Source of the DNA: Proteromonas lacertae
Taxonomy: Eukaryota
Assembly: GCA_002245135.1 (NCBI GenBank)
Contig: NGBS01000592.1
Location: 1-64,000, forward strand
Direction of reading: 5' to 3'
Length of the DNA stretch: 64,000 bases
The first letter of the stretch is position 1, and each line of letters opens with the position of its first letter. A model generated the notes under the pieces. The model made no database searches. It saw nothing but the letters and a program-made list of their open reading frames with translations, and was not told where the DNA came from. Shown piece after piece: positions 51,576-64,000 of the stretch. A program made the position numbers and the translations under genes.

Positions 51576-52659
51576 TTATCCTTCATTACAGCCAGTACAT
51601 CCACATCTTTTACAACCTTTTGAAACATCTTTAATTCTCAAATTCCTTGGTACTTGACAAGCACAAGTAGTATGAACATTCGATTTAGAACATTTCTCAC
51701 AACATCCCTAAAATTATCATTGTAAATATAAATATAATAATAATACTTTCAACATTCTATTAATATGAGGTCTATCATCACGTGGATCTTTACCATATCG
51801 ATCAAAACTTCTACTTGGACTTTTATAACGATGATGAGTATCATTATAATGATTATTATTATTATTTATATTACTGTTATTATATCGATCATCTCTTGGA
51901 TCTAGATACACTCGGTTGTTATTAATATTTCGTATTATGGGAGATCTACTACGAGATCTACTTCTATAACGTCTTATATTATTATCTTCATAATGATTAT
52001 TATTATATCTATCATTATATCTCCTATTATTTTCATATCTATCATATCTGTCATATCTATACATATAATATTTAAATAATAATAAAACCTGTCAAAACTC
52101 CTGCTTCTGCTTCTACTTCTACTTCTTTTTCTATAATAATTATATTTATCATGTCTATCATCTCGAATATCTGTTCTTCGATATTTCTTATTTAAAATGT
52201 GATCCCAGGGATGACAACCATGACAACCACATACATGACAGCCCTCAGGAGCTAATTATATATATAAAGAGATAAAAAAAGGAAATGGATAATATTTTAT
52301 GAGGATAAAAAAAGATTAAAAAATACCTAACATTTTTCTACGTTTGATAGAAGGAATTACACAAGCACAGTCATGATATTCACCATTACTTAGACATTTT
52401 ATACAACAACGATAATCTTGTTTATAATAGGGATCTACAATAAATAACTCCATAATAAACTACCTTTTTCAGGATCATGAGTATCAAGCTAATATTTAGG
52501 ATATAAAAAAATTAATAAATACTCCTCGGATGCTATTTATATTATATTATCATATGGAAGTAGTTATATAGGAATTTATTAACGATAGATAAAAAGATAT
52601 GGATAAATTTGAGGATACAAAAGGATAGAATATTAATAATACTCTCTGGATCTGGACAT
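51576..52659 (-). CDS. RS/RD-rich protein flanked by two copies of a 9-Cys putative metal-binding motif
   Basis: RCCIKCLSNGEYHDCACVIPSIKRRKML|APEGCHVCGCHGCHP and GCCEKCSKSNVHTTCACQVPRNLRIKDVSKGCKRCGCTGCNEG surround RSRSRSRSP tracts. Confidence 0.65.
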
Positions 52660-52799
52660 TTTCAAAATAATTAGGAATTGGGGAATAATTTATTCAACGA
52701 AAAAAATCAAAACGAATATAATTTTAAAAATAAAAAATAACTTAATTAAAACTATCTCAAATAAATCTATTAAATTAAACAGGTTTTAAATAACACATA

Positions 52800-55737
52800 T
52801 TACTGTTGTTTGGCAGTTCTATTCTTTGTAGTGTTTTGCATTGATATTAATTTCTCATAATTCTGATTCTTTGTATTAGCAATCAACAACGACTTTTCTA
52901 ATTCTTTAACCTTTGAATTCAAACTTGGATCTAATTTCTTCATCTCAGTTTTAGGTATAGAAAATGATGTTTTTATTCCATTCTTTTCAAGTAATTCATT
53001 CATTTCTTTAATCTGTTTTCTTTGGTTTAATATTGTTCTAGACCAATCGTTATTTTCTAATAAACATAATTCATCGATTAATTCGTCTTTATTTTTATCT
53101 TTCAATCTTTCAACTATTTCATTTTGTCTTCTATTTAATAGTAATTTTCTAGTTTCTTCTTTGTTCGTATTTGTAGTAACAGTTGGTTTTGATAATCTAA
53201 TTAATAATAATAAGATAATATATACGATAATGCATTGGCTTGATTCCTGTTTGTATTATTATTATTATTATCTGTTGTTGTAGAAACAACAGGTGGAGGA
53301 AGTGATTCATCTCCTGTAAGTGTTGGAATAGTAAAAGAACTCAATATTTCAGGTGGATTATTACTCTTTTTATTGTTCTTCTGTTTGGATTTCTTTGATT
53401 TCTTTGTAGATGAGCTTTCTCTAAAGAAATCATCATAATTTGGAGGAGGTGGTAATGATTCATCACTATAATAAATACATAATAATAATGATAATAATAA
53501 TGATAATAATAAATAATATATATATATATACCCTCCTGTAGGAATAGCAAACTGATTAAATGAAGATGATGATGGTGGAGGTAATGATTCATCTCCTCCT
53601 GTTGGTATATTAAATTGATTGAATAGCTGTGGTGGTGGTTCTTCTTCTTCTTCTTTATTCTCTTTACTGTTATTCTTTTGTCTCATTTTAGTTAATTCAT
53701 TCATTCAGTGTTTTGATTTGTTGTTTTAATGTGTTTATTTCTGTAAATTGTTCTTTAATTTTGTCTTCTTTTTGTGGATAATTCTTTGTTTAATTCTATT
53801 AGTATCTTTGTATCATCATTATTTTCACTTTTTTCTTTTAATTGACTAAAATTTAATCAATAAAATATTATATATACTTTTGTAGATTTTCTATCATTTT
53901 ATCCTTTTCTTCTATTTGTATATTGAACTGATTATTGTCTTCATTCAATTTTTCTATTTTCTTTGACATTTCATTCATACTGTTTTCTTTTTCATTTAAT
54001 TCATTATTATCATTTTCTATTTTGCTGTTTAATTCGTTTATTTGTATTTCTTTCTTTTGTAATTCCTCTTGAATCTCTTTTATACTATTGATCTGTGCTT
54101 TGTAACGACTCTATTTTTATATTTAACTCACTAATGGTCTTATCTTTTTCTATTAATTCTTCATTTAAATGTAATATATTTTCATTCAATTCTTTTACTT
54201 TATTTTCTGATTCTTCTTTTAGTTTTGCTATTTCATTTGTTTTACTGTTATTCATTTCTTCTATTTCATTTTCTAACAAGTTTATTTTTTCATTTAATTG
54301 TTTTATTGTTTCATCTTTATTATAAATATCACTATAATACAATATATATATATATATATATATATCATTATCTATATACTCTAATAATCCTTTATTTTGA
54401 TCATTCAATTCATTTATTCTTTCTTTCATCTCTTTATTATAATTATCAGAATCTTGTTTAAGTTGTTCTTTCTCAATATTACTATATTAATAATAATATA
54501 TAAATATATACAATTGTTCTATTTTGTTACTCATTTCACTCAACTCTTTCATTATCATATCAATTTTACTCTCTTTTTCTTTCTCTTCTTCTTTTTCTTT
54601 CTCTTTCTTTTCTTTCTCATTCAACTTTTCTTCTTCTTCTTCTTCTTCTTCTTCATTACTATATATATATATATATATATATAAAGAAATAATATTAATA
54701 ATATACGGCAAAATATGATTGGCTAATTCATCAACATTTTCTTTTATATCATTCACCATATTCTTTAAAGATAATAATTCACTATCATATTCTACTTGTT
54801 TATGTGGACCTCTTTTATATACAGGAACTACATCTTTATTTTCATCTTTATTATAATCAAAGGCTGTGGGTATAAAATATTCATCTGATTCTGATGGATT
54901 AAATGTATAATCTTCAACACCTAAGATTCTTTCAATATCTTTAATTCTATTCATTAAGTTGTTATGAGATGGACTTAGGTTTTCGGGTGATTAATTTCTT
55001 TTTTAAATCGTTCAATTCTTTGTTAAGCTTTTTTAATTCGTTTATATCAATATTATTAGCTTTATTCTATATATATATATATAATTTATCAAAAATTATA
55101 CCGTTTCATTTGTTTCTTTTTTATTTCTTGATTTACTTCTACTGCTACTTCTTCTCCTTGAATTATTATTATTTTCATCATTATCACTATTGTCATTATT
55201 ATTCAACGGTTCGTCTAAACTATCAACAAACGACTATATTTTTAATAATAAAAGATATTATACAAATTTCTTTGAATGAAGTGATTTTACTCCTGCTGCT
55301 TTATCATTTGTATTGTCTTTTTTTACATCAACTGATTCTCCAGCTTCTTCTTTTATTTTATAAAACTTGTCCAATGGTGGGAAGATGAATATGTAGGTTG
55401 TTTTATCATATCCAAAACGAATCAAGTCTTTTTCATCCAAAGCACATTCTGTATCATGTATATATTCACTATTTACAAATGTCCCATTTTTAGTGTTTAA
55501 ATCTCTTAATATAGCCTAGAAATAACAATTGTAAGTCATACTTCTTTTCTAGATTTCGATATATGTAAAACCGCATGTTTTTGAGATATAGAAGCAGATG
55601 ATGTAATAACCTATATCATTAATAAACTATAGAAGAAATACAATATCACACTCTGAATTTCTCCCAATAAGTGAGTCATATGAGTCTATTTCGTAAATGC
55701 AATTCGTTGCACATAAATAAGCGATTGGATCAGACAT
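52800..55737 (-). CDS. FHA-domain coiled-coil protein with repeated F-x-IPT-GGDESLPPP motifs; contains frame breaks
   Basis: LIGRNSECDI|VI..SISQKHA..LRDLNTKNGTFVN..DLIRFGYD (FHA), followed by long heptad exons. Confidence 0.75.
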
Positions 55738-55860
55738 CTAAAGTCTTTAAAATTGAAATAGAAAGTTTGAAAAAACAGAAAGCTTGGCCTATGTTTGTCC
55801 TCAAAGACAAGCTTATTTCTACAGTTTGACTTATAACATTTTTAAAAAAGGAGGGTTAAT

Positions 55861-58800
55861 ATGGAAGAAGAAGATAGTATATTTGAATGTCTCATTCTCT
55901 AGATAATACTCTTACCGAGCAGCAGAGGAAAGAATATACAAGAATAATTAAAAGAGGAACAAAGTTACAGAATGAAGAAAATTTTAAAGAAGCCATCTTG
56001 TATTTTAAGAAAGCACTAGAGATGAAGGTATTTACTCAATTAATCTATTTTTTTAGCCAAAATATGACAAATTAAGGAAGAAAATACGTTTTTTAAATGC
56101 TCAAATGTATTTTGTGTATTTACTATTCATGTAGAAAGAAGCAAGAAAAGGAAAATCAAGCCAATATGAATATAGAAGAAGAATCCTTCGAAGATTTAGT
56201 ATAACTATTAGATGTTTAATCCGCATAGTCTGACACAGAAGAGAAGAAAACTAAACGAAAAGCTCAAGATGAAGAAAATGAATTCACACCACCTCGATCA
56301 GTATATATTATAAATAATAAAAATTTCATTTTAACATAGAGAAATAATTACACTTATTATAATTCACCGTCTACTACCACTACTAATGATGATACAACCG
56401 TATGAATATATATATATATTATAATATTAATAAATATAGAGAGATGAAGAAGAAGATGATGATGAAATGAAAGATTTCATAGTGGGAGATAGTGTAATAG
56501 AATATGAAGATGATGATGATGCTGTAGAAGAAGAAAAAAAACATATAAAAGAAATAAAACTACCACCACCACAACAACAACAGAAAAATAATAGTAACGA
56601 AAAAAGAGAATTTACAATGGATGAAAAGAGTCAATTTATTGATTATTATAAAAAAGCTAAAGAATGTGAAGAAGGTGGTGATTTCTTACTTGCAAGGGAA
56701 TATTATGAAAAAGCACTTATAATCAAACCGTGGAGTGAAAAAGTGGAACAAAAACTATTGATTTTAAGAAATATCGATAGAAATGAAGTTGATAAAGATG
56801 GTTATGTATTTAATCCAATTAAAAGGATATATCAATATCAACAATTGAAATTACCAGAAAAACTGTATAATGATTTACATACTTATCAAAGATATGGGGT
56901 TTTATGGTTATACGAAAATTATATGAAAAAACAGGGTGCAATTTTGGCTGATGAAATGGGTTTAGGAAAAACAATTCAAATTGCAGCTTTGTTGAATTGT
57001 TTATATCATGAGGATTTGTGTAGTTATACAGTCATTGTTTGTCCTTTATCTGTGTATATTCAATGGATTAATGAATTGAAGAAATGGGCTCCAAGTATTT
57101 ATACATATATATAATCTATTCTTTCCATTTTTCTATTTTTTCTTATTTTAATATTTATATTTTGTATAGAAATTCCTCGTATTTGTTACAGAGGTGATGT
57201 TAAAAAACGTCATTCCTTAATAGAATCATTAGATCCATCAGATCATGGAATTATCTTAACAACATATCAAACATTATCAGCCGATTATGAATTTTTCAAT
57301 GATAGTGATATAAAGATCAATTTATTGATATTAGATGAAGGACATTTAATTAAAGATTATACCAGCCAAAGAAGCACCAATTTAAGAAAAATCAATTGCG
57401 ATGTTCGATTTCTATTAACAGGAACTCCCTTACAAAACTATTTGAAAGAATTATGGAGTCTAATGAAATTCATATCTCCTAATACATTTCCAGAAAAAGA
57501 CATTTTCAAAAAATTATTTGAAATTCCTATCACTAGAGCTGAAGATAAAACTGCTACAGAAAGAGCAAGATTGAGAGGTAAAGAAGCAAATGAAAGATTA
57601 AATCAATTGATACAACCATTTATATTGAGAAGAACAAAAGGTGAAACGTTAAATGATAGAAATAATAATAATAATAATGAAGATGATGAAGGAAATGGCA
57701 ATAATAATAATAATGAAAATATGAATGAAGATAATGAAATAGAGAATGATAACATTGAAATAAACCATGCTGATTCAACTGCTTCAATCTCCAAAAAGAC
57801 TGAATTTATCTTATGGATTAAACTCACCGATTATCAAAAGAACAATTATAAAAACTTATTACAAAGTGATATGGTAAAAAGACTACTATCAGAACATAAA
57901 CAATTAGCAGTTATCACAATGTTAAGAAAAATATGTAATCATACACTCACAATGGGTGAAAAATCAATTCAAAGTTTAGGATTAGAAAATATCTTATATC
58001 CACAGCAAGAGAATGAAAAATGGAGTGAATATGTTGATAGAATAGGTGAACAACATTTGGATTATTTATACGAAGGAAGTGGTAAAATGATTTTGTTAAT
58101 GAAATTATTACATAAATTAAATCAAGATAATCATCGATGTTTAATATTTTGTAGCAGTGTAAAATTATTAGATATTATTTCATTCTTATTGATACATGAA
58201 AGAGTTAATCATTGTAGATTAGATGGTTCAATAACATCAGTTGAAGATAGACAGGATATTATGGATAAGTTTAATAAAAGTGATTATTTTAAATGTTGTT
58301 TATTATCAACAACCTGTGGTGGAGTTGGTTTGAATCTCACTGGAGCAGATCGTGTCATTCTATATGATCCTTCTTGGAATCCTACTCAAGATGATCAAGC
58401 CTTGAGTCGAGCTTACAGAATTGGTCAAACCAAAGATGTGATTGTTTACCGGTTTATAACAGTAGGAACAGTCGAAGAGAAGATGTTTGCTAAACAAGTA
58501 TTTAAAGGTGGATTAATCAATACAGTAGTAAAAGTGAAATATGCTTCAAAATACTTTAACCAAGATGAAACTCGAAGATTATTTGAATATTATGATGATG
58601 ATTCAGTTTGTAAGGTTTGTGAAGATTTGACACAATTACATGGTTCAATATGGGATCATTATAAAGGGAATTATATGATATTAAAAGATTTGAAAGAATT
58701 AATGACTTTCAATATAGCTGGAATAAGTGAACATGATTTATTATTCAGTAAAAAGTTAGAAAAAGGTGAAAATAGTGAAGATATAGATGATGAAGAAGAT

Positions 58801-60369
58801 GAAATGGCAAAGAGAATAAGGCAACTAGTTGGAGATAATATAGAAGAAAGTGGAAATGATAATGTTTATAACTTTAGAACTACCAGAAGTATACCATCTG
58901 AAGAAGAAAGAGAAAGAAGAAGAAAGAATAGTAACAGTCGATTCAAGAGTAGTGCATTTGTGGTTATAGATGATGATGGTAATGATTTTAGTGGAATAAA
59001 TAAAATATTAAGAAAAAGTAATAATGAAAATAATAATAATAAAGAAGAAGTTATTGTTGAATTAAGTGATTCAGATAAAGAAGAAAATGAAAGTGAAGAT
59101 AGTGATATAGAAATAATTGATAATCATATCACTCCTTTAAATAATAATAATACACGAAGAACAACAGTAATTTCTAATAGAAATAATAATAGACCATCAA
59201 TCCAGCAAACACCTCCACCTTTTTCTTTGAATAATAATAATAATAATAATAATTCTATTTCTCCTTCTCCTATTCCACCACCTACTATTCGTAAAAAGAT
59301 TTCATTATCTACTGATGATGGTGATAGTAGTGAATTTGTAGATTTATCAGAAATAGAAGCTGATGAATCAATACATAATAAATACTTGAATATTGAGAGT
59401 AAAGAAAGTAATAATAATAATAATAATAATGTAAATGATAGTGATTCTTTCCATACAGTAATTTCATCACATTCTTTAGAAGAAAACAATAATAATAGTG
59501 TTAGTAACAATAACAGTGGTATAAATATAAATGAAAAGAGTAAAGAATCAATGGAATTAGATGATTCTACAATCTTAGATGAAGATTTAGCAAATGGTGA
59601 GATTGAACCACTAAATTTAGATGAAGAAATTTTACCATTAATAGAACCAAAACATCCTCCACAATCACCAATAAAAGATGATAGTATAATAAAAAGAAAA
59701 GAAGAAAAAGAAGAAAAAGTGGAAGAAGAAATGGAATTAGATGAATCACCAATTCCTGATGAAAATATTGAAATAGAAGAACAACCACAACAACAGAATG
59801 GTAATAGTAATGCAATGGAAGAATCAATGATAGATAATAATGAAGATAGTAATGTTAAAAATGATCAATTTGATAGTTATTCGCCTATAATGATAGATGA
59901 ATATGATGGTATTAATGGAGATGTTTATGATTTAGAAGATGTATATGGATCAGTAGTAGAGAATAATGGAAATATAAAAGATGAAGTTAAAAAAGAACAA
60001 GAGAATTTAATAAAAGAAGAAAATAGTGTAAAAGAAGAAGAAAATAAAGTAAAAAGTGAAGAAGTTTCATATAATGAAAGTGACTCAGAAATTGTATGTG
60101 AAGTGCACAGAGAAAATGGTTTGAAAAAGAAAATAGTTGTTACACATTGTAGATGTTTTATTGATGAAAATAAGATGAAAGAATATAATGATTTAATAAA
60201 ATTAGGTAAAGAAAAAGAAGATGAAATAAATATGTGTGATGATGAAAATGATTTAAAGAAGATTGTATTGGAAATACTATATATATACTTAAAAGCATTG
60301 GATATTTGTGATGATGATATATCTATTCATTCAACAGTTAAATTGTTAAAAGGGGTAGTTAAATTATAA
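55861..60369 (+). CDS. ERCC6L: SNF2-family DNA translocase, PICH/ERCC6L-like
   Basis: ILADEMGLGKT, ILDEGHLIK, LTGTPLQN, GGVGLNLTGADRV and DPSWNP..RAYRIGQTKDVIVYRFITVGTVEEKM..QVFK, with TPR-like helices at both termini as in PICH. Confidence 0.8.
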
Positions 60370-60446
60370 ATATATCTTCTATAAATTCTGGATTTTATTT
60401 TATTTTTATTGGAAAATGAGAAAAAAGAAAAATACATATTATATTA

Positions 60447-61594
60447 TTAAAATAAATTTTCATATCTTCTCTTCAAATCTTTCAAAGGTTGTGGAATAAA
60501 TCTCAATCTCTTCATCATATAATTCTCTAATATTCCTAGCTGTCCTCTCATATCGTTCAATATCCTTTGATAATAAATAACTCTTTTATTTGCTTCTTCT
60601 GTAGTTACATGTAATTCATCCACTTCTTTTGATAATGTTTCTATTTTTTCATTCTTTTCTTCTTTCTCTTTATCCCATACAACTTGGGCTTCATTCCATT
60701 TCACTATTTGTTCATTTAATTCTGTGTTCTTTTGAATAACTTCTTCATTACTTTGGTTCTTTTCATGAACTTGATTTCTTAAATCTTCACATACTCCTTG
60801 AAAACTGATATATAATTGTCTTGCCAAATTGTCCACTTCTTCAAGCGTACAGTTTGGTGGAATAATTGATTCATGATCTTTTCCACTACATCATAATATT
60901 AATTAATAATATTATATATACTCTTCTGGTGGAAATGTTAATTTATGAACATCATTTATATATTTGAAAAACACATCTTCCAATCTTTCTCTTCTTTCAC
61001 ATTCTAGTTTTATTTCTGCTGTTCTTTTTTCTAACCATTTTTCTAATACTACTTTCATTGTTATTAATGAAATTTTAATTATTTATGTGATTTAAAAAAG
61101 GATATTATATTTTTCATTAATTTATTTATTTCTCTTTCTTTTTCTTCCACTAAATCACATTTATCATGTAGTTCTCTTTCTAATTGAACTTTTTTCTTTG
61201 TTAATTTTGTATTAGATTCTATTATAAAAATCATTTAGTGATATATACTTAGTTTTGCTAATGTTTTGTTACATTTTTCTATTTTTGATATTAGTTTTTT
61301 GTATTCTGCTCTTGCAGAGAAGCTCTTTGGCGCAAAACAATTTTTACACACTGGAGGATAACCATTTGTTAAATTATCTAATTTGTCTTGCATTGAACGA
61401 ATCTCTCTCTATTTTATGATATTACAATTTAAGCATAAATTATACTTGAGATTTTTCCAAACTCATTTTACTCTGAATTAAGAGATTTTTAAGCTGAGTG
61501 TTTTCATTTTCTAAAGCAGCATTTTTCTTTAACTACAAAGATCAATTTCATGATAATATACTTCAATCGCATGCAACCTTTTATAATCAGCCAT
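60447..61594 (-). CDS. Coiled-coil protein(s) of unknown function: one broken gene, or two genes about 20 bp apart
   Basis: Spliced heptad-rich exons; TAA at 61079-61081 is followed by ATG at 61058. Confidence 0.45.
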
Positions 61595-61658
61595 AATACA
61601 AATTTGAAAATTCAAAAAACTCAAACAGTTTGACAATTAAGAAGAGTATTTTGAAGAA

Positions 61659-62627
61659 ATGGCTCAGAATTTTGATGTGAAAGAAAATGAATTTGAAAAC
61701 CATATCAATGCCCAAGTATATCTCATAATATGATTGAATAATAGGAAGAAATGTTTGATACAACGATTCCGGATAGTTCTAGTGATGAAGAAGAGTCAGG
61801 AAGAAAATATTCAAAAAAGCATGAAAGTACAATGTCTTTGAATACAAACAATAATGTTGTGTATTTTTAATCGTTCTATGAGTTTATAGTTATGGAGTAC
61901 CATCTGTAGTGAATTTTTATAATTGGGAGAAAGAAAAAAATCCAGTAAAAACATTGATAATCAAAAACTCAGGATCAATCTGTGAAGAAGTGATATTAAG
62001 AGGTCCAATAACCAATAGATTTACTCTAACTCCAGAGTTCAAAATACACCCATATACATTACAACCAACAGAACAAATATCATTTAAAATACATTTTCAA
62101 TTAGACTCAAAAGATCCAAATTCAATACTATATGAAAATTTTAGAGATAAAATAATGGGATTTACTAAGTACTACACATTCACAATACCTATAAATGCAT
62201 ATAAAGTAGGAAGAGAAGGTGATGATATTTCATTCACACCAGCAATTGATACTTTGATTATAAAACCACCAGACCGATCATTATTCTCTATAGCAAGACC
62301 TAAAACGTATTAAAATCCATTATTTCCTATTAATTCTATAGATCGATGAGTAGACCTCAAACATCCTCAGTAAATAGTGATTTGATATATAATCCACGAT
62401 CTGATCCAGTCACAAATGATTCTTCATCCAGTTCAGCTGATCCCCCTGAGATATTGACATTAGATCACCTTCCAGAGCCAAATAAGGCTTCTAATACATC
62501 AGAATTTATGTTTCCTGATGAGAATATCAATCCAAGAGATTATATATCAATGTTGAAGGATAAACATAAGAGAGATAACAAAGATATTTATAAAGTAGAA
62601 GAAAAAGTCAAAAAAGATGATAAATAA
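61659..62627 (+). CDS. PapD/ASH (MSP-like) Ig-fold domain protein
   Basis: PSVVNFYNW..VKTLIIKNSG..LQPTEQISFKIHF..FRDKI..FTIPINAY. Confidence 0.6.
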
Positions 62628-62652
62628 GATTTAAGTTAGGTAAATAATTATT

Positions 62653-64000
62653 TTATTTGTAAAGTAATTTTCTATTTCTATCTATTATGTTATTATTATC
62701 TGAAGATTTTGATTCACTCACATGTGAAGGTAATTTTTCATTTGTTTTACTTTCACTATTCTTAGATTCTTCGATATGAATTGGTCTTTTAATAATTTCT
62801 TTATTCGACTTATTTTCTCCTTCATCTTTGTTAAATTTGCTTTCTTCTTTATTAGTCTTACTCTCTCCTTTATTGGATTTACTTTCCTCCACTTTATCTC
62901 TATTATTACTCTTTGATTCTTCAATATAAAATGTTTTTCTAACAAATTCTTTATTACTTTTACTTTCTTCTTTATATCTATCTGTTTTACTCTCCTCCTT
63001 CTTATTGGATTTACTTTCTTCTTTGTTTGTTTTTGATTCTTCATTATTCCTTTTACTTTCAGACAATGCTTCTTTTCTTTTCATATCAATTTTACTTTCT
63101 TCCATTCTATCATTATTATTATCTCTTCTTCTATCTTCTTTACTTTCATTTTCATCTATTTTACTTTCATTGAAATTGTTATGATTATTGGGATTTATCA
63201 TTATTTCACCGTTATATGGAGTTGGTTGATATTCTTCATTTATATTATTTTCTGCTTCTTTCATTTCACTCAATTTCACATTATATGGTTCATTAATCTT
63301 TGATTCATTATTAGATGGATCAAAATGAGAAATTATGGTAGAGATGGGTATTTCTTCAAACGACCTTAGGCACAATTGTGAAGATATTGATGGATCAAAA
63401 TGAGCTTCATTTGAATCTACTACAAACAAAGCATTCAAAAATTTAGCGTAATGTACAGTGTTAGGTCTAAGAATGTACTTAAATCTAAACATTAATTGCC
63501 TTAGTTCTCCTTCTGTAATTGGAAAATCTAGATATTGAGCAACTTTTCTAAAATCACCATATGACAAAAATTTACAACCTAAAGGATCATATTGGTTAAA
63601 AACAGCGGATATATCTACACCAACCTTAATGAGGTAATTTAGTCTATTTCTAACTTTATTTATTCTATACAAATATAAAAAATCAGGAAATACACAACAT
63701 CCATAAAATAAACAGAAAAAGTAAATTTCTTCTGGAATTTACAACTGTCATGTCTATATAAGTAATTTGTGTCATTTCATATATCTCACCAAACTAATCG
63801 AATTCGATCATCCTTTTGTTATGTCAATCTTTTAATTACTTATTTATAATCGAATATGCCGAATAAAGCTCAAACATTCATTCATGGCAATAATGAAGGC
63901 GCGAAACGTTTTATAAAACCTACTATTCAGATGATGAAGAAGCAACCATTTAATAGTGCGATACGAGGTTCAAAGCCTTCAAACAAGGTTCTATTACGAA
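62653..64000 (-). CDS. EF-hand-like protein with a repetitive ESK C-terminus; 5' end lies outside the window
   Basis: AVFNQYDPLGCKFLSYGDFRK and ITEGELRQLMFRF..VHYAKFL; an upstream exon has DIDITKG*-like EF segments. Confidence 0.55.
62700..63310 (-). repeat. Coding tandem repeat of about 7-aa E-E-S-K-(S/T)-N-K units
   Basis: More than a dozen (E/N)ESK occurrences in ORF 62653-63672. Confidence 0.8.

Noticed and set aside
54085..54990. Frame breaks at about 54098 and 54985 counted as insertions
   Set aside because: Ambiguous: 25-nt and 28-nt GT-AG segments with atypical donors would also restore the frame, so they were not used as evidence.
1..64000. Genes lacking genomic stop codons (poly(A)-generated stops), tRNA or rRNA genes
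   Set aside because: All traced CDS ends have TAA, TAG or TGA, and no structured RNA gene signatures were recognised.

Overview
This is very AT-rich, gene-dense eukaryotic nuclear DNA using the standard genetic code, with many tiny GT-AG introns (mostly about 24-45 nt, often made of (TA)n or (TAT)n). Gene content (mastigoneme-type EGF proteins, a He_PIG/SPRY protein, UrtA-like solute-binding domains) and the tiny introns point to a Blastocystis/Opalinata-like gut stramenopile; this is an inference. About 30 genes can be reconstructed by manual splicing: CABIN1-like, RPS26, ERICH3-like, two inverted mastigoneme-like paralogues around a pseudokinase-LRR gene, an Arb2(FAM172A)-FYVE-AGC kinase fusion, a B56-like protein, a GNAT, CFAP20DC-like, an RRM gene with a partial duplicate, BACK-He_PIG-SPRY, a nucleotide-sugar transporter, a PCI protein, Pho88-ankyrin, ANKRD13-like, Tctex1, RPL6/RPL36A head-to-head, an FHA protein and PICH/ERCC6L. 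The most unusual feature lies in the first 7.8 kb: a Ginger/Tdd-like DNA transposon with a DD35E integrase and a Ulp1-type protease, bounded by GC-rich inverted motifs. Its start codon appears split (AT|G) by a ~3 kb intron that holds a captured, decayed host receptor gene. Several single-base homopolymer indels in conserved genes suggest imperfect assembly polishing, so pseudogene calls based only on frameshifts are uncertain. All product calls come from motif recognition; no database search was run.
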